Assembly: GCA_964463485.1 (NCBI GenBank)
Contig: CAYXDO010000015.1
Location: forward strand, 34,259 to 98,258
Source of the DNA: an uncultured Myxococcales bacterium
GTDB lineage: Bacteria; Myxococcota; Kuafuiibacteriia; Kuafuiibacteriales; Kuafuiibacteriaceae
Length of the DNA: 64,000 nt
Direction of reading: 5' to 3'
Both the position numbers and the translations under genes were made by a program. Within the stretch, counting starts at the first letter, position 1, and the number at the start of each line of letters is the position of its first letter. Positions 43,962 through 52,615 of the stretch are shown piece by piece. The notes beneath the pieces were generated by a model. The model did not search any database. It was not told where the DNA came from and was given only the letters and a program-made list of their open reading frames with translations.

Positions 43962-46900
43962 ATGATCGGCCGGAGAGTTTTTCACGCGGCGCCTTTGCTT
44001 CTCGCGCTCGTCTCGTGTGGTCGCGATGGGCCGGCGCTCGGCAAGTCCGTCGAACGCTCCCTGCTGATTCGTCCAGGGTCCTTCGAGCTGTATCGAGGCC
44101 AGCGCTTCGGGTTCGACGTGTTGCTCGTCGAGGGCGGGTTGGAGAAGTCGGTGCTCTCCGAGGCCGAGACCTCCCTCGAGCCCGCGAAGATCGTGGAGCT
44201 CCAAGGGCTCGGCGCGGGGATCGCGCGGGCTGCGGGCGAGGCGAAGCTGCTCGCTAAACATGGGCCGCTCTCCGCATCGGCCGACATCACGGTCCATGCG
44301 GCCGAGCTGACCGGCATCTCCGTCAAACCCGAACGCTTCACCTTGGCCACGGGTGAGTCGCGGCCGCTCGAGGTCGAGGGAACGCTGAGCGATGGGTCCC
44401 GAGTCGATCTGACTCCTGGCGCCACGGGGACGACGTACCGCAGCTCTGGGGCGCGGTTTGCGAGCGTCGATGCGAATGGCTCGGTGCTCGCGCTTGCTCC
44501 CGGCGAGGTCGAAATCACCGTGACGCACGGCAGATTCTCCGCGACCGCGAATCTCACGATCACCGGCGAGCCTCCGAAGGGCTTCGTGAGCTTGCGACTC
44601 GACCCCGACGTGTTGGCGTTGGGATTCGGCCAGAGCGCTCTCCTTAGAGCCATCGGCAAAACCGAAGACGGAACCGAGCACGACCTCGTCAGAGAGGGCT
44701 TCGAGGTGAGCTTCGGTTCCTCGGACAACAACTTACTGGTCGTGTCTCCCATGGGGTCGGTTCAAGCTCGCAACTCGGAGGGCTCCGTCACGGTCACCGC
44801 CAAACACCGCGAGCTCTCGGCGACGGCGAAGGTCGACATCAAGCGGGAGGTCGAGCGCCGACTCACTTCCATCACCATCGTGCCAGAGACCGCGACGCTC
44901 AACGTCGGCGAGACTCTTCAGCTCCAAGTGCTGGGAAATTATTCGGATGGAACTCAGGCCGATCTCACTCGCGGCTCCGGAACGACCTATCGCCCCACGC
45001 CCGCCAACGGCCCGGCGACCGTGGGCCAAACCACCGGGCTCGTGCGCGGGGCACGACCAGGCAACTCGGTCATTACGGCGACCAACTCGGGATTCACCGC
45101 GCAGACTCGCATTCGAGTGCTGGAGGCGGACGTCACACTCACCGAGCTCATCGTCGAACCCGCTCAGGTCTCCATCCCCGTCGGGGAGACTCGCGAGCTG
45201 ACCGTCACCGCCGTGTTCTCCGATGGGTCTCGCACCAACGTCACGAGCTCACCGTCCACAACGTACTCGGTGTCTCCCATCGACGTGGCCACGGTGAATG
45301 CTGGTCGAGTCACGGGCCGACGCCCCGGGCGCGCCGAAGTTAGGATCACATACGGCGGAATCACGCGCTCGGTCGAGGTCGTGGTCACCGATCAGCCGGT
45401 CACCGTCGTCGGACTGCGGTTCGTGCCGGACCCGATCCGAGTCGCCGTCGGCAGCTCCGTACCCTTCCAAGTCATCGCGCAATACTCGGACGGGTCGACG
45501 CGAGACGTAACCGGCTCGAGGGGGCTGGCGCTCCGCATTTTGGACACTTCCGTCGCGGCCCTCTCCGGTATCGGAGGGATCCAGGGACAAGCGGCCGGCG
45601 ATACTTTCATCGAAGCCAACTTCCAGAACGCGTCGGCTCGCGCACGGATCGTCGTCGAAGGGGGGCCGGTCGGATATGTCGCACTCATCCTGGTCGTACC
45701 CAATACCATCGACGTCGGATCCACGGAGGCTTGGCAGGTGGGCGGAGTGCGTTCCGACGGCCAGATCGACGATCTCACACACGACCCTAGGCTCCAAATC
45801 TCGGTGTCGAGCTCGAACGTCATCGCCGTGAGGCCGGGCGAGGTCGAGGGGCTACGCGTGGGGGTCTCGGATCTGACCGTGCGGATGTTGGGGCTGAGCG
45901 CGACGCGCAGCGTACGTGTGATCGCGACGGTCGATCCAGTGGTTCGGATCGAGTTCGTGCCTGCCTCCATCACGATGGACGTGGGCGATCAAGTCATCGT
46001 GCAGTTGTTCGCAATCTACCAGTCCGGAGCTCGGCGCGACATCACGTACGATCCCGGCGTGAACGGCAGCGCGACCGGCCCCGTCGACCTGCTCCCCGAT
46101 CCGAACGGGGTGATCGTGGTTGCGCTCGGTGCTGGGCGGGCACAAATCGACGTCACCTACCAGAACCTCTCGGCGAGCCTGCCGATCACGATTCGGGGCG
46201 CGAACCCCACCCTCACGTCGCTCGAGGTGGTCGCGCCCACTTCGATGAACGTGGGCAACGTCGTGGCGTATCAAGTCATCGCGCACTACAGCGACGGGTC
46301 GGTCGAGGACGTGACCTTCGATCCGAACGTCGTCGTGCGAGTGTCTCCGCCTGGAGTGGCCAGCCTGCTCGGCGCCGGGGCCATCCGAGGAGACTCTCCG
46401 GGGACGGCGATGGTCGAGGCCGTGCTCGGGGGCTTCCAGGCGAACGCGTTCATCCGCGTGCTACCCGCGTCATTCGTGGCGCTCTTCTGGGTACCCTCGG
46501 CGCTCACACTGCAGGTCGCAGAGTCGGCGACGGCCGAGCTATTCGGTCGCCGAGCGGACGGGAGCACCAGCCGAATTTCTCCGTCCGGCGTGGACGCGCT
46601 CTCGGCGTCTGGCCCGATCGCAGTCAGCGTGGGCCCGACGAGCTTCATCATCAGCGGCAGCGGCGTTGGGACAGGTGAGTTGCGTGCCTCGATGGATGGG
46701 CTCGAGGCGGTGCTTCCCGTCAACGTGACACCTGGCCCAGCCCAGGTCACCGGCATTCGCGGAGAACCGAACCCGATGAACCTGACGATCCTGGGAATCG
46801 GTCGAATCACCGTGATTGCGACCTACTCGGATGGGCGGGAGGGCCCTGTCACCGGCGCAACCTTCGTGAGCGCGAACGGGATGGTCGCAAACGTGGATCC

Positions 46901-48710
46901 CAGCGGCACGGTGATCGGATTCAGCCCGGGCACCACGACGATTCAAATCAGTTATTCGGGCTTCAACGCGACGGTGACGGTCAATGTCGGCGCGACGCCC
47001 TTACGACTGATCGTCACGCCAGACCCGGTCGACGTCGACGTCGGTTCCGTCGTGGCGCTGAGTGTGTCCGTCCAACTCAGTGACGGAACGACTCAGCCCG
47101 CTACGGGTGCGACCTTCAGCTCCGACGACCCGTCGGTGGCCTCAGTCGGTCCACTCGGCGGCGTTCGCGGGGTGACCGCGGGACAGACGTTCGTGACGGT
47201 CAGCGCGATGGGATTGAGCGCGCGCATCGGCGTCACCGTCCACGCGGTCCCGCCGCCGGTGCTCACGCGCCTCGACCCGGATGCGATCGCGGTGGGTTCG
47301 CCAGCGACGACCGTTCGTGCGCTCGGGAGTGATTTCCGAGCGGGCGATCGTATCATCTTCGATGGCGGCGTGCTCACGGCGACCTTCGTCAGCGCCAACG
47401 AGCTCACCTTCAGACTCACCGCTACTCAGCTCCGGACCGTCGCCAATCACCGCGTCCAGGTCGAGCGTCCCACGACCGCGCAGAGATCGGTCGTTCGAAC
47501 TCTGCGGGTCGGAGAGCCTCCCAACATCAGCGAGCTCAACCCGGCGGCGATGCGAGAGGGTACGACGGAGGATTTGGAGGCCGTCGGCAGCGGACTCACG
47601 GGGCTGACGATCACCTCCAACAGCCCGGTGATTTCGATTTGCTGTGCGGCCGAGTCAGGGACTTCGGTCCAATTCAGGGTGACCGCGCCGGCGAGCTCGG
47701 CGGGTTCGTATACGCTCACCTTCACGAACGACTTTGGCTCGACGACGGTCACGCTCACCGTCCTGGCTGGCCCAGCGGATCTCGTGGTCAGTGCGGGTCA
47801 AACGGTCCATCTGTCCGGTGCGAATACCTATCACGACGTTCGTGTCGAGGCTGGCGGGACGATCATCGGGGATGGGTTCACGCCCCTGCACCTGTTTGCG
47901 GAGGGCACGATCACGATTCGAGGGATGATCGACGTAAGCGGGTCGGACGGGCAGGACGGCTTTCGCGGACCGGCGGGCGGCGGTGACGCAGGACCCGGCG
48001 GCGGTGGCGGTGGCGGCGGTGCGGACGGCAACACCAACTCTCCTGCGGCAGGCGGGCAAGGCGCGCCGAACGGAGGCTCTGCGGCGATCGGCGCGGGAGC
48101 TGGCACGGCGGCCGGAGACGGCGGCGGCTTGGGTGCGGGCGAAGGTGCAGCCGGAGGCTGTGGACAAGGCGGTGGCGGTGGCGCCTTTGGCGGCAACGGT
48201 GGCGCGGGCGGCGGCGACGCTGGAGACGGGCGCGGAGCCCCCGGAGGCACGGCCTCCGGCGGGAGCACGTTCGCGGGTGGCACCGGCGGAGGCGGCGGAA
48301 GCACATGCAGCAATAGCTCCGGCGGAGGCGGGGGCGGAGGCGGAGGCGTGCTCGTCCTCGAGACTGCAGGCGGCCAAATCTCGGTGGTCGGCATCGTGAG
48401 GGCTAACGGCGGCAAAGGGGGCGATGGGTTTGGCAACACCGGAGGCGCAGGCGGAGGCGCGGGCGGCCGAGTTCAGCTCGCAGCCCCAGGCGGAGTCGTG
48501 AGTGTGTCGGGTACGGTCGAGGCGGTCGGCGGCGGCGGCGGCAACTCCTTCGACGGGGATGCCGGCGGCGGCGGCGGCGGCGGCCAGATCGTGATCAGCG
48601 CGGGGACTCGCAATCTCACCGGAGTCATCGACGTGGCGGGAGGCAACGGCGGGCTCGCCATTCGAAATGGAAACTCGGGGCGACCCGGAGCCTCGGGAGT
48701 CACGCCCTAA
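43962..48710 (+). CDS. Giant surface lipoprotein, about 1580 aa: about 14 tandem bacterial Ig-like (Big_2) domains, IPT-like segments and a Gly-rich low-complexity C-terminal region
   Basis: Lipoprotein signal MIGRRVFHAAPLLLALVSCG. Recurrent about 85-aa units with ...G..A..G.A.ITA/VT....... typical of Big_2. Final about 215 aa are Gly/Ala/Asp-rich. ORF-track start 43881 precedes the signal peptide. Confidence 0.75.
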   Translation: MIGRRVFHAAPLLLALVSCGRDGPALGKSVERSLLIRPGSFELYRGQRFGFDVLLVEGGLEKSVLSEAETSLEPAKIVELQGLGAGIARAAGEAKLLAKHGPLSASADITVHAAELTGISVKPERFTLATGESRPLEVEGTLSDGSRVDLTPGATGTTYRSSGARFASVDANGSVLALAPGEVEITVTHGRFSATANLTITGEPPKGFVSLRLDPDVLALGFGQSALLRAIGKTEDGTEHDLVREGFEVSFGSSDNNLLVVSPMGSVQARNSEGSVTVTAKHRELSATAKVDIKREVERRLTSITIVPETATLNVGETLQLQVLGNYSDGTQADLTRGSGTTYRPTPANGPATVGQTTGLVRGARPGNSVITATNSGFTAQTRIRVLEADVTLTELIVEPAQVSIPVGETRELTVTAVFSDGSRTNVTSSPSTTYSVSPIDVATVNAGRVTGRRPGRAEVRITYGGITRSVEVVVTDQPVTVVGLRFVPDPIRVAVGSSVPFQVIAQYSDGSTRDVTGSRGLALRILDTSVAALSGIGGIQGQAAGDTFIEANFQNASARARIVVEGGPVGYVALILVVPNTIDVGSTEAWQVGGVRSDGQIDDLTHDPRLQISVSSSNVIAVRPGEVEGLRVGVSDLTVRMLGLSATRSVRVIATVDPVVRIEFVPASITMDVGDQVIVQLFAIYQSGARRDITYDPGVNGSATGPVDLLPDPNGVIVVALGAGRAQIDVTYQNLSASLPITIRGANPTLTSLEVVAPTSMNVGNVVAYQVIAHYSDGSVEDVTFDPNVVVRVSPPGVASLLGAGAIRGDSPGTAMVEAVLGGFQANAFIRVLPASFVALFWVPSALTLQVAESATAELFGRRADGSTSRISPSGVDALSASGPIAVSVGPTSFIISGSGVGTGELRASMDGLEAVLPVNVTPGPAQVTGIRGEPNPMNLTILGIGRITVIATYSDGREGPVTGATFVSANGMVANVDPSGTVIGFSPGTTTIQISYSGFNATVTVNVGATPLRLIVTPDPVDVDVGSVVALSVSVQLSDGTTQPATGATFSSDDPSVASVGPLGGVRGVTAGQTFVTVSAMGLSARIGVTVHAVPPPVLTRLDPDAIAVGSPATTVRALGSDFRAGDRIIFDGGVLTATFVSANELTFRLTATQLRTVANHRVQVERPTTAQRSVVRTLRVGEPPNISELNPAAMREGTTEDLEAVGSGLTGLTITSNSPVISICCAAESGTSVQFRVTAPASSAGSYTLTFTNDFGSTTVTLTVLAGPADLVVSAGQTVHLSGANTYHDVRVEAGGTIIGDGFTPLHLFAEGTITIRGMIDVSGSDGQDGFRGPAGGGDAGPGGGGGGGGADGNTNSPAAGGQGAPNGGSAAIGAGAGTAAGDGGGLGAGEGAAGGCGQGGGGGAFGGNGGAGGGDAGDGRGAPGGTASGGSTFAGGTGGGGGSTCSNSSGGGGGGGGGVLVLETAGGQISVVGIVRANGGKGGDGFGNTGGAGGGAGGRVQLAAPGGVVSVSGTVEAVGGGGGNSFDGDAGGGGGGGQIVISAGTRNLTGVIDVAGGNGGLAIRNGNSGRPGASGVTP
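47990..48640 (+). repeat. Gly-rich low-complexity coding region (GGGxGxG runs) at the C-terminus of the giant lipoprotein
   Basis: Translated runs GGGDAGPGGGGGGGGADG...GGGGGGGGGVLVLE...GGGGGGQIVIS. The underlying DNA is GGC/GGN-rich. Confidence 0.8.
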
Positions 48711-48803
48711 TCGGTATTTTTGACAGGCCCTGGCCCCAGGTACGGCGAACGTAAATCATAGAGCAGCCCCAAGCGCGGCGTGACAACTCACGGGCGTGAC
48801 AAC

Positions 48804-51341
48804 TCACGGGCGGGCCCTGGCGACGGCCACGCGGCGGCCAGACATTCCGAAAGCGAGCTCTTGGTCACCGATCAGGGCCACAGCGCCAGCGAATTCAGCA
48901 TCGAGCCGCGTCCATCGGTCGAGGGCGAAAGGCCTTTCGATGAAAGTGCGGCGACCGAGCGACAAGGTCTGCGCAAAGACGGTCAAGTGCCCCAGCGGGT
49001 CAATCAGCACCGACGGAGTTCCCGTCATGAGTAGCCTGGGAGAGTCTCGCGCCGGCACATCGTACCCGGGCAACGCTCGGATTCGAAGCCCGTCGGCGCG
49101 GTCTGCGAGTCGGCGCGGTCGAGCCTCGACCAGGTTGACTCGATCGAGGATGCTGGAGCGAACCGCGAAGAGGACACCGCCCTGCTCGAGGTCTTGAATC
49201 GATTCGATGGGTCGACTCTGCCCGAGAGTGGAGTCTGCGACGACCTCGGCGGGGAGGGCAACACGCTGGACTCTGCCAGCCGCGTATCGGGCCAGCACTC
49301 CGGAGCAGCCCCCGAGCCAGGCGACACCCCCTCCCGCGGATGCGACGTGACGCCACGACCCCGGGATGGGTGCGAACGGATCCGGAAACTCGGCGGTTCG
49401 CGCGCAATCGTTCGTGCCCGGCGAGGTTTCGAGTTCGGGAGTGCTCGGATCGTCCCACGCGACCTCGACCTCGGCGGCGACGTCTCCTCGGAGCTCGTAG
49501 ACTTTCCAGCCCGCACCCACGAGGAGCCCCACTCCGTGGGCGACCTCTGCGACGTCGTCGTAGGTGATTTCGGGTAGGTCATATTTGGTCCAATGAGGCG
49601 GGTTGATTGAAACGTCGAGCCGTCCAGCGAAGCCGCCCTCGGGTGTCGTCGCTGCGATCCAGAACGTCCCATCCGCGCGCGATCGAGCGGCGCCGACGAC
49701 AAAAGCGCGAGGATCGACCGGCAGCGAGATCGGCGAGCCCAGAGCGCGGCCTTCGAGCTTCGTGACCTCCGGGGGGCTTGGCCAGAACACCCAAGCCGCG
49801 TCGCCGTCGGGTACGATCGCGGCGGCAGGGAGGGTGTGCTCGCGGCCGTAGGTAGGTTCGGGAGGGCTGCCCGAATGAGACCGCAGCCACTCGCCATCGC
49901 GGGCTCTCGCGAGCAAAGTCCCGACGGGAATCGAGTCTGGCCGAAAGAGATCAGCTGGCAGGCCCAACTCGGCAAGTAAACCGGCGCGAGCGTGGTCGTC
50001 GGCATCCAGCACGAGCGCTCGACCGTCGGCCATACTCACCCAGGTCTCGGTCTCCGTTCGATGAACGATTCCGGAGATGGCGACCGAGGAGGTCAGGATT
50101 GTCTCCCAAGGACTCGTCCCTCGGACCTGGGATCGATGAAGTCGGTAACGCCCCTCTTCGACGGTGTAGACTAGGCCTTTGCTACCGACGCGACCCAGGT
50201 GGACCCGCGACCCGAGGCGACTGACATCCCGAGTCGCCAGCTGAGGAGACAAGTCGAGCGCGAAGACGGCGCCCTGCCCGCCGAGGAGCAGCGTGGACTC
50301 GTCGAGGGCGACCACAGATTCCGCCTTGTCTGGGGCTCTCGACAGGCTGCCGCGGACGGTGCAAGTCGACAGATTGTCGCACTCATAGACGATCAATCGG
50401 TGGGGCGAGTTGATGTCTTGGTGTATGATGAGTACGGACCCAGAGGGAGCTCGACACAAAGTGTATTTCTCGATCCCCGAAAACCGTGGAATCGAGTGTT
50501 TCAGCTCGACACCTCGACTCGACATCGAGAAGACGCGCGCGAGGTCCGCTTGGTCGGTGTCGAGGCTGAGCACGAGGACGGAAGCGTCACCGAGGGCCTC
50601 CGCATCGATGATCGGCCCGGGGAAAGTCACCGGGTGCGTCGTTCGCTCCCCGGCTGAACCGATCCACAGCGCGACTCGCTCGCTGACGAACGCGGATGCG
50701 CCGCTCGGCGTCATCGCGGCGATCTCGACGGGCTCTGCGTCCAAAGGGGGATGGATGAACTCGATATCCAGCGGAGGGCTCGTCGCGGCGACTTCCGGCC
50801 AGGCCGAGCAGGTGCCCGGGCGCGTCACGACGACCGACCGTTCGAGCGCGAGCGCGGAGGGATCTGAGGAATCGAGCCTATGAGTCGGGTCGAACACGGC
50901 GGCGAACGGGGGGATCGGGCACGCGTCGCCTTCGAGCAAGAGCTGAGGAGGTTGCGTCGCGGGCACGGCGCAGAACGGACAGCTCCCAATCAGAGGGGCA
51001 TCGGTGGACTTTCGCACATCGAGCGCTCCGACTTCGGTGACACTCAGCGGCGCGCTGGTGGGGCCCACGAGGTCCGCGGCAGCGACGACCACGAGGAGCT
51101 TCCCGTAGGTTTCGTCGACCTCGACGCGACCCAGTCCGTCGCGAATGGGTACGACTTTGTCCACCTGCCCGCTGGCGTCCATGGAAACGAAAACGACCAG
51201 ATCGCCGGGCAGCGCGTCGACGGGAAACGTGAGCGCGTCGGGAGCGCAAGCGATCAGGCCGCAAGCGATCAGGCAGCAAGCGATCAGGGCGAGGCGCAGC
51301 GTCGCGCTCCCTGAAGAGGGACTCACCTTCTCAGCATGCAC
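48804..51341 (-). CDS. Large secreted (lipo)protein of about 845 aa, of unknown function. The signal peptide contains three tandem LIAC lipobox-like motifs.
   Basis: N-terminus ...SATLRLALIACCLIACGLIACAPDA. Long beta-rich body with no motif I recognise. Start placed at a GTG about 51341; ORF-track start 51419. Confidence 0.55.
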   Translation of the reverse strand: MHAEKVSPSSGSATLRLALIACCLIACGLIACAPDALTFPVDALPGDLVVFVSMDASGQVDKVVPIRDGLGRVEVDETYGKLLVVVAAADLVGPTSAPLSVTEVGALDVRKSTDAPLIGSCPFCAVPATQPPQLLLEGDACPIPPFAAVFDPTHRLDSSDPSALALERSVVVTRPGTCSAWPEVAATSPPLDIEFIHPPLDAEPVEIAAMTPSGASAFVSERVALWIGSAGERTTHPVTFPGPIIDAEALGDASVLVLSLDTDQADLARVFSMSSRGVELKHSIPRFSGIEKYTLCRAPSGSVLIIHQDINSPHRLIVYECDNLSTCTVRGSLSRAPDKAESVVALDESTLLLGGQGAVFALDLSPQLATRDVSRLGSRVHLGRVGSKGLVYTVEEGRYRLHRSQVRGTSPWETILTSSVAISGIVHRTETETWVSMADGRALVLDADDHARAGLLAELGLPADLFRPDSIPVGTLLARARDGEWLRSHSGSPPEPTYGREHTLPAAAIVPDGDAAWVFWPSPPEVTKLEGRALGSPISLPVDPRAFVVGAARSRADGTFWIAATTPEGGFAGRLDVSINPPHWTKYDLPEITYDDVAEVAHGVGLLVGAGWKVYELRGDVAAEVEVAWDDPSTPELETSPGTNDCARTAEFPDPFAPIPGSWRHVASAGGGVAWLGGCSGVLARYAAGRVQRVALPAEVVADSTLGQSRPIESIQDLEQGGVLFAVRSSILDRVNLVEARPRRLADRADGLRIRALPGYDVPARDSPRLLMTGTPSVLIDPLGHLTVFAQTLSLGRRTFIERPFALDRWTRLDAEFAGAVALIGDQELAFGMSGRRVAVARARP
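51246..51290. repeat. 15-bp x3 tandem repeat gcaagcgatcaggNc inside the signal-peptide coding region of the 48804..51341 gene
   Basis: Read directly: gcaagcgatcaggcc gcaagcgatcaggca gcaagcgatcagggc. On the minus strand it encodes LIAC-C, LIAC-G, LIAC-A. Confidence 0.85.
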
Positions 51342-51673
51342 TCGACCGTGGAGACGAGGAAGCCTTGCACATCGAAATTCCGGCGGAATGTCGTCCGGGG
51401 ACAGGTGACACGACCCCATGTCCGCTGACCACGGGCATCGAACGAGTCTCTGCGGGGCTCGGCCACAAGCCTTTCTTCGTCAGCCGAGTAGGCCGGGAGC
51501 TGGTCGAGATGCCCGCAATGGAGCTCGAGTGAAGCACCGGTTTGACACCTCGTGCGATCCTCCCCATGACTGAGGAGCCCAAACGAGGGCTGCCGAACGA
51601 ATCCGAGGAAGTCGAGAGGCCGGAGCGAGTCTTGTGAGTGAAGCCAAGCGACGCGAGGTTCGACGACAGGAAA

Positions 51674-52615
51674 TCACCAGCGGAACTGGTTGGGATCGAA
51701 CTCTCGCTCGTCGAGGAGGCGATAGCCTTCGGGATCTTGGATTTCCGCCGGGATCGACTCACCCGATCCGAGCCCCGCGGGCTCGCTGACGTCGACGACC
51801 ACGCGCGCTTGAGTTGCGGAGGGATCGGCGCTCGGCGTGCTCTCAGGGGCGTCCCACGACTTGACGAGCTGCGCGGTGAGCCAGCGATCAGCCGGGATGC
51901 CGAGTACGACGTGGAGCCGCGAAGTCTCCGAAAGCTCGACGACCAAGTCGACCGAGTCGGAGCCTCGGAGCTCGAAGGGGACCGAAGCCTGAGCTCGGAG
52001 CGCATCACGATCGCACGCGATTCGATACCACCAATCCGGTCGCGCGGGCTCGCCATCCGGGCCCGGTTCACGAACGTCCTTGGCCGGCTCACCATCCGGG
52101 CCCGGTTCGCACGGATCCTTCGCGGGCTCTCCGTCTGGGCCTGGCTCGAGGGGTGACTCCCGATGAGTGACCCCTTTTTCGTCGGTGACCGTGGGGCCGC
52201 TGACTCGGCCGCGGATCACGACGGAGGCTCCGTCCAAAGCCTCGGTTGGGCCGACTCTGCCGAACACGGCCAACCCACCTTGAACGTAGGCCTCGGGGAA
52301 CGGAAAGAGGGCCTCGCCTTCTCGAGAGCTCAGGAGGTGCGGTCCTTCGACGAGGGGGTGCCCGCCCGTGGGAATGGCTGGGTTATCGCCGAGCAAGCGC
52401 AAGACGTCGACGTTCACGGAGATCTCTTCGACGGTGACCCGGCCAGAGAGCTCGCTCGAGAGTCCACCGAGGTCGAGCGCGGCGACCAGCCCAACCCGCG
52501 CTTCACGCGGCTCGGGCAGCGAGAGCGAAGCGTCGGTGCGCTGGCCACACGCGGAGAGGGCGAGCATGGAGCTCGCGGTGAGTGTTACCCATTTTGGAGT
52601 TCTTCGGCCTTTCAT
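51674..52615 (-). CDS. Lipoprotein with three acidic Pro/Gly-rich 13-aa repeats ([13 protein letters not shown])
   Basis: Signal with lipobox [30 protein letters not shown] lies 9 nt upstream of the ATG at 52615. Start overlaps the stop of the upstream regulator gene (ATGA). Confidence 0.55.
   Translation of the reverse strand: MKGRRTPKWVTLTASSMLALSACGQRTDASLSLPEPREARVGLVAALDLGGLSSELSGRVTVEEISVNVDVLRLLGDNPAIPTGGHPLVEGPHLLSSREGEALFPFPEAYVQGGLAVFGRVGPTEALDGASVVIRGRVSGPTVTDEKGVTHRESPLEPGPDGEPAKDPCEPGPDGEPAKDVREPGPDGEPARPDWWYRIACDRDALRAQASVPFELRGSDSVDLVVELSETSRLHVVLGIPADRWLTAQLVKSWDAPESTPSADPSATQARVVVDVSEPAGLGSGESIPAEIQDPEGYRLLDEREFDPNQFRW
52044..52160. repeat. 39-bp x3 imperfect tandem repeat encoding [13 protein letters not shown] / [13 protein letters not shown] / [13 protein letters not shown]
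   Basis: Recurrent catccgggcccggttc(a/g)c cores read in the sequence, matching the 13-aa protein repeats. Confidence 0.7.

Noticed and set aside
47655-48439. Minus-strand poly-Pro/Ala ORFs (47655..48377, 47831..48439, 47911..48306) opposite the Gly-rich tail
   Set aside because: The reverse complement of GGC-rich Gly codons reads as Pro/Ala runs. This is an artefact of low-complexity DNA.
48778-48811. 17-bp direct repeat gcgtgacaactcacggg x2 overlapping the stop of the 48804 gene
   Set aside because: Only two copies with no associated structure. Likely a chance or slippage duplication, not a functional element.
49025-51314. ORFs 49025..50005 (-, other frame), 50199..50657 (+), 50880..51314 (+) within the large secreted-protein gene
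   Set aside because: Off-frame or antisense with Arg/Ser/Pro-rich low-complexity translations.
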